From assembly GCF_000195955.2 (NCBI RefSeq), contig NC_000962.3, positions 1,020,001 through 1,052,000 of the forward strand: 32,000 nt of DNA, given 5' to 3'. A program made the translations under genes and the position numbers. The notes below the pieces were generated by a model. That model was not told the DNA's origin. It worked only from the letters and a program-made list of their open reading frames with translations, and searched no databases. Below are positions 1 through 7,685 of the stretch, piece by piece; position 1 is the first letter of the stretch; each line of letters begins with the position of its first letter. The stretch is from Mycobacterium tuberculosis H37Rv. GTDB lineage: Bacteria; Actinomycetota; Actinomycetes; Mycobacteriales; Mycobacteriaceae.

Positions 1-57
1 TCGGATAGCCACGCTCACCAGGCATTTTCCGCGCGGCGACGAACGGTTGCCGGACTT

Positions 58-1329
58 TTACCGCGGGGGGTTTCCGGGCGGCGGCTGCTCTCTAATCACA
101 ACTACCGGGGGTTTGCGGCCGTCCTCTTGGCCGTCAGTGCTGGTGCCGCTACGGGTGCCGCCACCGCCCGTCGTGCCGCGTGCGGCCAGGCTCGCCAAAG
201 CCATCCCGCTGAGCAGGCCTGCCGGCATCCCGTTTAGGGCCGTCGGGTCGGCGCCGGCGCTGGAGCTGAAGGTGGGTGTTGCCTGAACGGCGAGCTGGAT
301 CTCCGGGGCGGCCGTGGTCCAGCTGTGCGGCACCGACAACGCTCCGACTAATGCTGCGTGGCCGACGCCCGCGGACACCGGCGCCGCGCCCCCGAAGGGG
401 CCCCAGTGCGGCTCCGGCTCGTCGGTCGCCGAACTCAGTGGATGGCCCTGCGTCGGTCCCAGCCCGCCGGCGTTCCCGTATAGGCCGATGTGCCAGGGTC
501 TGGCCGTGTTCGTGATCGCGAGCGCAATGCTGCCGGTCGCGATGGATGCAATGTAGAGCGCGATCACGTCCAATTCCCCTATCGGGGTGGGGATCACTAT
601 CGGCTGAGCGGATCCGACTTGCGGGTTGAGGGTCGACGCGATCCCCAACAGTCCCGATGTCAGCGGATCAGCGTTGGCGGCCAATGCGGACAGAATGTCG
701 CTCAGGATCCCCGGGGGCAGCTGGGCCAGTGTCGCCTGTGCATCCGCAACGGCGCCCGCACCGGCGGCTTGGGTCGCCGCGGCTGCGGCCGCGGGCCCGG
801 CCGGGCCGGTGCCTTGCACGGGTGGAGTGAACGGCGGCAACGCCGACGCGGCCGCAGATGCCCCCTCATAGCTGTACATCACGGCAGCGTCTTGGGCCCA
901 CATTTCGGCATACTCGGCCTGGGTAGCCGCGATCGCCGCACTGTTTTGCCCCAGAATGTTCGCCGCGACCAGCGACATCAACCGGCTGCGGTTGGCCGCG
1001 ACGAGGGATGGTGGCACCGTCATCGCGAACGCCGTCCCAAACGCTTCCGCCGCTGCCCTCGCCTGTGTGGCCGTCTCCTTCGCCAGCGCCGCCGTGGCGG
1101 CCAGCCACCCCACATACGGCGTTGCCGCGGCCGCCATCGCGGCCGCCGCCGGCCCCATCCACGGCTCAACGATCAGCGTCGACACCACCGATCCATACGA
1201 GACCGCGGCGGAAGTCAACTCCGCGGCCACACCGTCCCAGGCGGCCGCGGCGGCTAGCATCGACTCCGGCCCCGGACCGGAATACATTCGGCTTGAATTC
1301 ACTTCCGGAGGTAAAAGCCCGAAATCCAT
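58..1329 (-). CDS. PPE14: PPE family protein
   Basis: ORF 58..1338; N-terminus MDFGLLPPEVNSSRMYSGPGPESMLAAAAAWDGVAAEL is the typical PPE domain, including the WxG-like turn. Start is probably the ATG of MDFG at 1329 rather than MLA. It sits directly downstream of a PE gene. Confidence 0.93.
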   Translation of the reverse strand: MDFGLLPPEVNSSRMYSGPGPESMLAAAAAWDGVAAELTSAAVSYGSVVSTLIVEPWMGPAAAAMAAAATPYVGWLAATAALAKETATQARAAAEAFGTAFAMTVPPSLVAANRSRLMSLVAANILGQNSAAIAATQAEYAEMWAQDAAVMYSYEGASAAASALPPFTPPVQGTGPAGPAAAAAATQAAGAGAVADAQATLAQLPPGILSDILSALAANADPLTSGLLGIASTLNPQVGSAQPIVIPTPIGELDVIALYIASIATGSIALAITNTARPWHIGLYGNAGGLGPTQGHPLSSATDEPEPHWGPFGGAAPVSAGVGHAALVGALSVPHSWTTAAPEIQLAVQATPTFSSSAGADPTALNGMPAGLLSGMALASLAARGTTGGGGTRSGTSTDGQEDGRKPPVVVIREQPPPGNPPR

Positions 1330-1343
1330 TGCCAGCAACCTCC

Positions 1344-1643
1344 TTAACCGGTCGCGACCACATTGACGGCCTCGGTGGTCGCATACGCATCGGCGGTGGC
1401 CGCCGGGAGGGCCACGAACATGCCATGGACCAGCGCGGCCGGCTTACTCACCACTCGGTAGTGCTTGGTGTGCGCGGTGAACCGGGCCGCCGTCAGGACC
1501 GACACGTCATTGGCAGCAGGGGGTAACACCCCCGTCGTCGGGGCACAGACGGCTGTGTTCCGAGCACTCACGGCGGTACCGATCGTCGGCAAGTCCCCCG
1601 TCGCGGCTGCCAAGACCACCGGCTGGATGGTCACAAAAGACAT
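1344..1643 (-). CDS. PE7: PE family protein
   Basis: 99 aa, MSFVTIQPVVLAAATGDLPTIGTAVSARNTAV..., short PE-domain-only protein immediately upstream of the PPE gene on the same strand. Confidence 0.9.
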   Translation of the reverse strand: MSFVTIQPVVLAAATGDLPTIGTAVSARNTAVCAPTTGVLPPAANDVSVLTAARFTAHTKHYRVVSKPAALVHGMFVALPAATADAYATTEAVNVVATG

Positions 1644-1866
1644 CGGATACCACCTGACGCGGATCGCTTCATCTGATCGGTCGACATCTTCTACATAACC
1701 ACGGAAATGTCTGCTTTATAACGGAATTAGACTACTTTGTGTTGTCTGGCGTTGCTCTGCACCGACGGCATGGGTAAACGTCTGAGATGCGGGTGTCGGC
1801 GGTAGCTGAAAAACCGTGCTGACAACCATGATTCGCCATTCCCGAACGACCTGCGAACTTTGTCGC

Positions 1867-1918
1867 CTAGCGTAACGCCGTGGCGAGATTTGGCTCGATT
1901 GTTCGCAGTGGCGTTACG
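1867..1918. repeat. Intergenic inverted repeat AGCGTAACGCC / GGCGTTACGCT
   Basis: Perfect 11-nt arms at 1867-1877 and 1908-1918 separated by 30 nt; related to the element at 26047-26102. Confidence 0.6.
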
Positions 1919-2086
1919 CTCGCCACGCGTGAGCCTGGATCAGGCAAACGCGGCTCCACCTGGCCATTTGCTGTCCGAGACGGTAGTTACTCAGCATGGT
2001 GCACAGGTCTGTGCTTGTCTGGTTGATGGTGATTTGGCGTTGCGGTGGCCGTGATGAGGACGCGGTGAGAAACGGAGCTTGAAGAT

Positions 2087-3868
2087 ATGTCAGCGAAAGA
2101 ACGCGGTGACCAGAACGCCGTCGTCGACGCCCTGCGGAGTATTCAGCCCGCAGTCTTCATTCCGGCTTCAGTGGTCATCGTCGCCATGATCGTCGTTTCC
2201 GTGGTGTACTCGAGCGTCGCCGAGAATGCGTTCGTTCGGCTGAACTCCGCGATCACCGGCGGCGTCGGGTGGTGGTACATCCTGGTTGCCACCGGGTTTG
2301 TGGTATTCGCGCTGTACTGCGGCATTTCCCGGATTGGCACTATCCGGCTGGGCCGCGACGATGAGCTCCCCGAGTTCAGCTTCTGGGCATGGCTGGCAAT
2401 GCTGTTTAGTGCCGGTATGGGTATCGGCCTGGTCTTCTACGGGGTGGCCGAGCCGCTCAGCCACTACCTGCGGCCACCGCGGTCACGCGGCGTGCCCGCG
2501 CTTACTGATGCGGCGGCTAACCAGGCGATGGCGCTGACAGTGTTCCACTGGGGCCTGCACGCCTGGGCAATTTATGTCGTGGTTGGCCTCGGTATGGCGT
2601 ACATGACCTATCGGCGGGGTCGCCCCTTGTCGGTGCGCTGGCTGCTGGAGCCGGTCGTGGGTCGGGGCCGTGTAGAGGGCGCCTTGGGGCACGCGGTGGA
2701 CGTCATCGCCATTGTCGGAACACTCTTTGGTGTCGCCACGTCACTGGGCTTCGGTATCACTCAGATCGCCTCCGGCCTGGAATATCTCGGCTGGATCCGG
2801 GTGGACAACTGGTGGATGGTCGGCATGATCGCCGCCATCACCGCCACTGCGACGGCGTCGGTGGTCAGTGGGGTCAGCAAGGGTTTGAAGTGGCTGTCGA
2901 ACATCAATATGGCGCTGGCCGCCGCATTGGCCCTGTTCGTGTTGTTGCTCGGGCCGACACTTTTCTTGCTGCAGTCGTGGGTGCAAAATTTGGGAGGCTA
3001 CGTCCAGTCGCTTCCGCAATTCATGCTGCGCACCGCGCCGTTCTCGCACGACGGCTGGCTCGGCGACTGGACTATCTTCTACTGGGGTTGGTGGATCAGC
3101 TGGGCTCCGTTTGTCGGGATGTTCATCGCGCGGATTTCGCGGGGACGGACGATCCGGGAGTTCATCGGGGCGGTGCTGCTCGTTCCCACCGTGATCGCCT
3201 CGCTATGGTTTACGATCTTCGGTGACTCGGCGTTGTTGCGGCAACGCAACAACGGCGACATGCTCGTCAACGGGGCGGTAGACACCAACACATCGCTTTT
3301 CCGATTGCTGGACGGTTTGCCTATCGGGGCTATTACCAGCGTTCTTGCTGTGCTGGTGATCGTGTTCTTCTTCGTTACGTCGTCGGACTCCGGTTCGTTG
3401 GTCATCGACATCTTGTCAGCGGGTGGTGAGCTGGACCCGCCCAAGCTGACCAGGGTCTACTGGGCGGTGTTGGAGGGGGTAGCCGCGGCCGTTTTGCTCC
3501 TGATCGGAGGTGCTGGGTCACTGACCGCGTTGCGGACGGCCGCTATTGCCACGGCCCTGCCGTTCTCAATCGTCATGGTGGTGGCGTGCTATGCGATGAC
3601 CAAAGCGTTCCACTTCGACCTGGCCGCCACACCTAGGCTGCTGCACGTCACCGTGCCTGACGTGGTTGCGGCAGGAAACCGGCGACGCCACGATATCTCG
3701 GCGACGCTGTCGGGGCTCATTGCCGTCCGTGATGTCGATAGCGGCACATATATAGTCCACCCCGACACCGGCGCTCTCACCGTCACTGCACCACCAGATC
3801 CGTTGGACGATCATGTTTTTGAGTCTGATCGGCACGTAACGCGAAGAAACACAACATCATCGAGATGA
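2087..3868 (+). CDS. betP: BCCT-family transporter (glycine betaine/carnitine/choline type)
   Basis: 593 aa, multiple hydrophobic segments, BCCT motifs GMGIGLVFYGVAEPLSHY and WTIFYWGWWISWAPFVGMFIARISRGRTIREF. Confidence 0.92.
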   Translation: MSAKERGDQNAVVDALRSIQPAVFIPASVVIVAMIVVSVVYSSVAENAFVRLNSAITGGVGWWYILVATGFVVFALYCGISRIGTIRLGRDDELPEFSFWAWLAMLFSAGMGIGLVFYGVAEPLSHYLRPPRSRGVPALTDAAANQAMALTVFHWGLHAWAIYVVVGLGMAYMTYRRGRPLSVRWLLEPVVGRGRVEGALGHAVDVIAIVGTLFGVATSLGFGITQIASGLEYLGWIRVDNWWMVGMIAAITATATASVVSGVSKGLKWLSNINMALAAALALFVLLLGPTLFLLQSWVQNLGGYVQSLPQFMLRTAPFSHDGWLGDWTIFYWGWWISWAPFVGMFIARISRGRTIREFIGAVLLVPTVIASLWFTIFGDSALLRQRNNGDMLVNGAVDTNTSLFRLLDGLPIGAITSVLAVLVIVFFFVTSSDSGSLVIDILSAGGELDPPKLTRVYWAVLEGVAAAVLLLIGGAGSLTALRTAAIATALPFSIVMVVACYAMTKAFHFDLAATPRLLHVTVPDVVAAGNRRRHDISATLSGLIAVRDVDSGTYIVHPDTGALTVTAPPDPLDDHVFESDRHVTRRNTTSSR

Positions 3869-3871
3869 TGT
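3854..3871. other. Hairpin ACATCAT-CGAG-ATGATGT overlapping the betP stop codon
   Basis: 7-bp perfect stem with 4-nt loop; no U-tract follows, so a terminator function is not supported by sequence alone. Confidence 0.4.
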
Positions 3872-4366
3872 GTTATCGACCTGCCGGGTCGCCGCTGCCT
3901 GGACCGGAGCCGGCTACTTCCGGTAAACGCGCACCGCTGGATGAATCGCCGCGGCATGAGAAGCTCGACGGTGGTGCCGGGATCGTCGCGCACGATGTCA
4001 TGCTCCAGGGTGCTGGTCAGCCGATGGCCTTTGGTGTGCCACTGACCGGGTCGATCTCCGCGGCCGGCGACCACGCCACGGTCGCGTCCATAGCACAGGT
4101 CGCGCGGCGCGCGACGGCGTGACCCGACATCAAGTCCTTATCGGAGGAGCTTGGCCCCTCGCGTTGGTCCGCGGCAGGCTCGGTCGGCAAATCCTCAAAT
4201 CGGCCCCAAGTTGCACCGAGCGGGAGCGGCGGTGACGGCCAACGTGTGGTGTCGTGCGGGCGGCATTCGGATGGCGCCACGGCCGGTCATCCCGGTGGCT
4301 ACGCAGCAGCGCCTGCGGCGGCAGGCGGATCGCCAGAGCCTGGGTAGTAGCGGCTTGCCAGCGTTG

Positions 4367-4393
4367 AATTGTACGCCTATCAGGCACACAATT
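4367..4393. promoter_or_regulatory. Candidate operator for the toxin-antitoxin operon
   Basis: AATTGTACGCCT-ATC-AGGCACACAATT: 27-nt imperfect palindrome, 10/12 arm positions complementary, ending 6 nt before the ATG at 4400. Confidence 0.5.
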
Positions 4394-4399
4394 GATGTC

Positions 4400-4687
4400 A
4401 TGGCTACCAAGCCTGAGCGGAAGACCGAGCGTCTTGCAGCGCGCCTGACCCCTGAGCAGGACGCGCTGATTCGTCGTGCTGCCGAGGCCGAGGGGACTGA
4501 CCTCACCAATTTCACGGTTACAGCGGCGTTGGCGCACGCGCGCGACGTGCTGGCCGACCGCCGGCTCTTCGTACTCACCGATGCCGCGTGGACTGAGTTC
4601 CTCGCCGCGCTGGACCGGCCCGTCTCACACAAGCCTCGGTTGGAGAAGCTGTTCGCCGCGCGGTCCATTTTCGACACCGAGGGGTGA
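4400..4687 (+). CDS. DUF1778 (TacA-like) ribbon-helix-helix antitoxin
   Basis: MATKPERKTERLAARLTPEQDALIRRAAEAEGTDLTNFTVTAALAHARDVLADRRLFVLTDAAWTEFLAALD..., typical DUF1778 sequence, followed by an overlapping GNAT gene. The open frame extends upstream to 4151 but that part has no family resemblance. Confidence 0.85.
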   Translation: MATKPERKTERLAARLTPEQDALIRRAAEAEGTDLTNFTVTAALAHARDVLADRRLFVLTDAAWTEFLAALDRPVSHKPRLEKLFAARSIFDTEG

Positions 4688-5184
4688 GCGGCTACAGCGC
4701 GCCGCGACGTATCAGCGACGCCGATGACGTCACGAGCTTCAGCAGCGGCGAGCCCAGTCTGGACGATTACTTGCGCAAGCGGGCGTTGGCCAACCATGTG
4801 CAGGGAGGGTCGCGCTGTTTCGTGACGTGCCGTGACGGTCGGGTAGTCGGCTTCTATGCGCTAGCGTCAGGGTCGGTCGCACACGCTGATGCTCCGGGAC
4901 GGGTGCGCCGCAATATGCCTGACCCCGTGCCGGTGATCCTGCTGTCGCGGTTGGCGGTTGATCGCAAAGAACAGGGCAGGGGCCTGGGCAGTCATCTGCT
5001 GCGTGATGCGATCGGTCGCTGTGTCCAGGCTGCGGACTCGATCGGGCTGCGGGCGATTCTTGTTCATGCGTTGCACGATGAGGCCCGCGCGTTCTACGTC
5101 CACTTTGACTTCGAGATCTCGCCGACCGATCCGCTGCACCTAATGCTGTTGATGAAAGACGCTCGCGCGCTAATTGGCGACTGA
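4684..5184 (+). CDS. GNAT-family acetyltransferase, TacT-like toxin
   Basis: 166 aa from GTG; acetyl-CoA binding motif VDRKEQGRGLGSHLLRDAI and C-terminal LHDEARAFYVHFDFEISPTDPLHLMLLMKD typical of TacT-like toxins; 4-nt overlap with the antitoxin gene. Confidence 0.87.
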   Translation: MSGYSAPRRISDADDVTSFSSGEPSLDDYLRKRALANHVQGGSRCFVTCRDGRVVGFYALASGSVAHADAPGRVRRNMPDPVPVILLSRLAVDRKEQGRGLGSHLLRDAIGRCVQAADSIGLRAILVHALHDEARAFYVHFDFEISPTDPLHLMLLMKDARALIGD

Positions 5185-5320
5185 TGCTACGCGATTGACT
5201 ATCGAGAGCCAGGCTACGTCATCTGATACCAACCAATCACCGACCACAGCACCGACCAGAACAAGCCACGACCACTCGGCTGACACCTGAAAACCATGGC
5301 TGAACTGCGCAAACACAGAG

Positions 5321-5393
5321 TGCCCCCGGCAGGATTCGAACCTGCGACACCGGCTTTAGGAGAGCCGTGCTCTATCCCCTGAGCTACGAGGGC
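5321..5393 (-). tRNA. tRNA-Arg (anticodon CCT)
   Basis: Reverse complement GCCCTCGTAGCTCAGGGGATAGAGCACGGCTCTCCTAAAGCCGGTGTCGCAGGTTCGAATCCTGCCGGGGGCA folds as a cloverleaf: 7-bp acceptor stem (one T-G pair), anticodon loop CTCCTAA, TTCGAAT T-loop. Confidence 0.95.
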
Positions 5394-5444
5394 GGGGACG
5401 CCTTTGAATACCTGACTAAAACCTAGCCGTTCGCCGCGCCGGCC

Positions 5445-6906
5445 GGGACTGTCCGATATTCGGTGTAAGTGGCGTTTCTCGGGATTTTTCTTTCGGTCAG
5501 CGTTCTTCGGCGGCTGGCATGCGATCGGCGAACGTGATCGCCAGGGCGTTGAGCGCTGGCTTCCAGCGTACGGCCCACTTGGTTTGCCCGGTGCCCTTGG
5601 GATCCAGGGAGCGGGTGACCAGGTAGAGCGTCTTGAGTGCTGACTGTTCGTTCGGGAAGTGTCCACGTGCCCGCACCGCCCGCCGGTAGCGCGCATTGAG
5701 ACTTTCAATTGCGTTGGTAGAACACGGGACTCGCCGTATTTCGACATCATAGTCCAGGAACGGAATGAACTCTTCCCACGCGCTGTCCCACAGCCGTGTG
5801 ATCGCCGGGTAAGGCTTACCCCATTTCTCGGCGAACTCCTCGTAGCGCAACCTGGCCTCAGCGGCACTGGCTGCGGTGTAGATCGGCTTGAGGTCGACGC
5901 TGATCTTGTCCCAGTACTTGCGGGAGGCATACCGGAAAGTGTTGCGGATCAGATGGATGATGCAGGTCTGCACCGTGGCCAACGGGAACGCCGCGGACAC
6001 GCTGTCGGGCAACCCTTTGAGGCCGTCGCAGACCAGGAAGAAGATGTCTTTGACCCCACGATTGCGCAGGTCGGTGAGCACTGCCAGCCAAAATTTGGCT
6101 GACTCACCGTCGCCTTCGCCGGCCCACATCCCCAGGATGTCCTTGTGGCCGTCGAGGTCGACGCCGATCGCGGCGTAGACCGGCCGGTTGCGGACCTGCC
6201 CGTCGCGGATCTTGACCATGATCGCGTCGATGAACACCGCGGCGTAGACCTTCTCCAGCGGCCTGGACCACCACGCCTGCATCTCCTCGATGACCCGGTC
6301 GGTGATCCGCGAGATGGTGTCCTTGGACACCGACACCCCGTAAACGTCGGCGAAGTGAGCCGCGATCTCGCCGGTGGTCAGGCCTTTGGCGTACAGCGAC
6401 AACACCACCCGGTCCACATCGGTGACCCGGCGCTTACGTTTGCCCACGATCACCGGCTCGAAGGTGCCGTTGCGGTCACGGGGCACCGCAATCTCGACCT
6501 GTCCGCACGCATCGGTTATCACCTTCTTGTTACGAGATCCGTTGCGTGAGTTTCCACTTCCACGCCCGGCTGCGGCGTGCCTGTCGTAGCCGAGGTGTTC
6601 GGTCATCTCCTCTTGCAGGGCGGCTTCGAGCACCGTCTTGGTCAGCGCCTTGAGCAACCCGTCAGGGCCGGTCAATGCGACCCCCTCAGCGCGTGCCTGG
6701 CGTACCAGATCACCCACCAGCGCCCGCTCGGCACCGGAGAGCTCACGGGCCGCAACGGCCGCCTCATCCACGTCCTGGCCGGCGTGAGCCGGCTCTATCA
6801 CCTGAGCAGCATCCATGCCCTTGAGTGTGTTTGGTCATAGCAGTGATTCCTTCTGCCCCACGCCGGGGGCGGTCAGAACCACTTACACCGAATCAGCGAT
6901 AGACCC
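5445..6906 (-). mobile_element. IS256-family insertion sequence (IS1554-like)
   Basis: Transposase ORF flanked by inverted ends with a perfect 15-nt core ATTCGGTGTAAGTGG (5458-5472) / CCACTTACACCGAAT (6879-6893); with mismatches the match extends to about 28 nt. Confidence 0.88.
5497..6816 (-). CDS. IS256/Mutator-family transposase
   Basis: 439 aa, MTEHLGYDRHAAAGRGSGNSRNGSRNKKV, YAAVFIDAIMVKIRDGQVRNRPVYAAIGVDLDGHKDILGMW, FLVCDGLKGLPDSV, CIIHLIRNTFRYASRKYW: classic IS256 transposase motifs. Confidence 0.95.
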   Translation of the reverse strand: MDAAQVIEPAHAGQDVDEAAVAARELSGAERALVGDLVRQARAEGVALTGPDGLLKALTKTVLEAALQEEMTEHLGYDRHAAAGRGSGNSRNGSRNKKVITDACGQVEIAVPRDRNGTFEPVIVGKRKRRVTDVDRVVLSLYAKGLTTGEIAAHFADVYGVSVSKDTISRITDRVIEEMQAWWSRPLEKVYAAVFIDAIMVKIRDGQVRNRPVYAAIGVDLDGHKDILGMWAGEGDGESAKFWLAVLTDLRNRGVKDIFFLVCDGLKGLPDSVSAAFPLATVQTCIIHLIRNTFRYASRKYWDKISVDLKPIYTAASAAEARLRYEEFAEKWGKPYPAITRLWDSAWEEFIPFLDYDVEIRRVPCSTNAIESLNARYRRAVRARGHFPNEQSALKTLYLVTRSLDPKGTGQTKWAVRWKPALNALAITFADRMPAAEER

Positions 6907-7103
6907 CTCCGGCGGCGGGGGGGTTGGCGGTGTTTGTGGCGTCCGGTCGTCGGGGTGCGGCGGGTGTGAGTGTAGCGGGCGCAACGAGGGCCACCTGACG
7001 CTCGGGCGTGTGTGGTGGGCGCTTGTCGGCCAACGCTCTGGGGTTCAGAGCTGTTGCGTGTTGAGTGTGTTTTAGTGTGCGTTAGTGTGTTCTAATTGGC
7101 GGC

Positions 7104-7685
7104 GTGAATCTGGCGGATTGGGCGGAGTCGGTGGGGGTGAATCGACATACCGCTTATCGCTGGTTTCGGGAGGGGACGTTGCCGGTGCCCGCGGAGCGGG
7201 TTGGCCGGTTGATCCTGGTCAAGACGGCCGCCTCGGCGTCGGCCGCAGCGGCGGGAGTGGTGCTGTATGCGCGGGTGTCAAGCCATGATAGGCGTTCGGA
7301 TCTGGATCGGCAGGTCGCGCGTCTAACCGCGTGGGCCACCGAGCGTGACTTGGGGGTGGGGCAAGTGGTGTGCGAGGTCGGTTCCGGCCTGAACGGCAAG
7401 CGACCCAAGCTGCGGCGCATCTTGTCGGACCCCGATGCGAGAGTGATCGTTGTGGAGCATCGGGATCGGCTGGCGCGTTTCGGGGTGGAGCACCTCGAGG
7501 CGGCGCTGTCTGCTCAGGGCCGGCGGATTGTGGTCGCCGATCCTGGTGAGACGACCGATGATCTGGTGTGTGACATGATCGAGGTCTTGACCGGTATGTG
7601 CGCGCGGCTGTACGGGCGTCGCGGTGCGCGCAACCGGGCGATGCGTGCGGTCACGGAGGCCAAGCGTGAGCCGGGGGCGGGGTGA
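7104..7685 (+). CDS. IS607-type TnpA serine recombinase
   Basis: GTG start; N-terminal MerR-like HTH (LADWAESVGVNRHTAYRWFREGTLPVPAERVGRLILV) followed by resolvase catalytic motif VVLYARVSSHDRRSDLDRQ and VVEHRDRLARFGVEHLEAAL. Confidence 0.93.
   Translation: MNLADWAESVGVNRHTAYRWFREGTLPVPAERVGRLILVKTAASASAAAAGVVLYARVSSHDRRSDLDRQVARLTAWATERDLGVGQVVCEVGSGLNGKRPKLRRILSDPDARVIVVEHRDRLARFGVEHLEAALSAQGRRIVVADPGETTDDLVCDMIEVLTGMCARLYGRRGARNRAMRAVTEAKREPGAG

Noticed and set aside
490-1257. 255-aa plus-strand Arg/Gly-rich ORF
   Set aside because: Antisense to the PPE gene; composition is that of a shadow frame of Ala/Gly-rich coding DNA.
5214-5930. 238-aa minus-strand ORF containing ...VAQGIEHGSPKAGVAGSNPAGG...
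   Set aside because: It reads through the tRNA-Arg gene (the SPKAGVAGSNPAG string is a translated tRNA T-arm/anticodon region) and then antiframe sequence of the IS256 transposase; a common spurious ORF.
6911-6930. G-rich run GGCGGCGGGGGGGTTGGCGG between the two IS elements as a G-quadruplex
   Set aside because: It does not provide four well-separated runs of three or more G; at best a weak two-quartet motif, common in this GC-rich genome.
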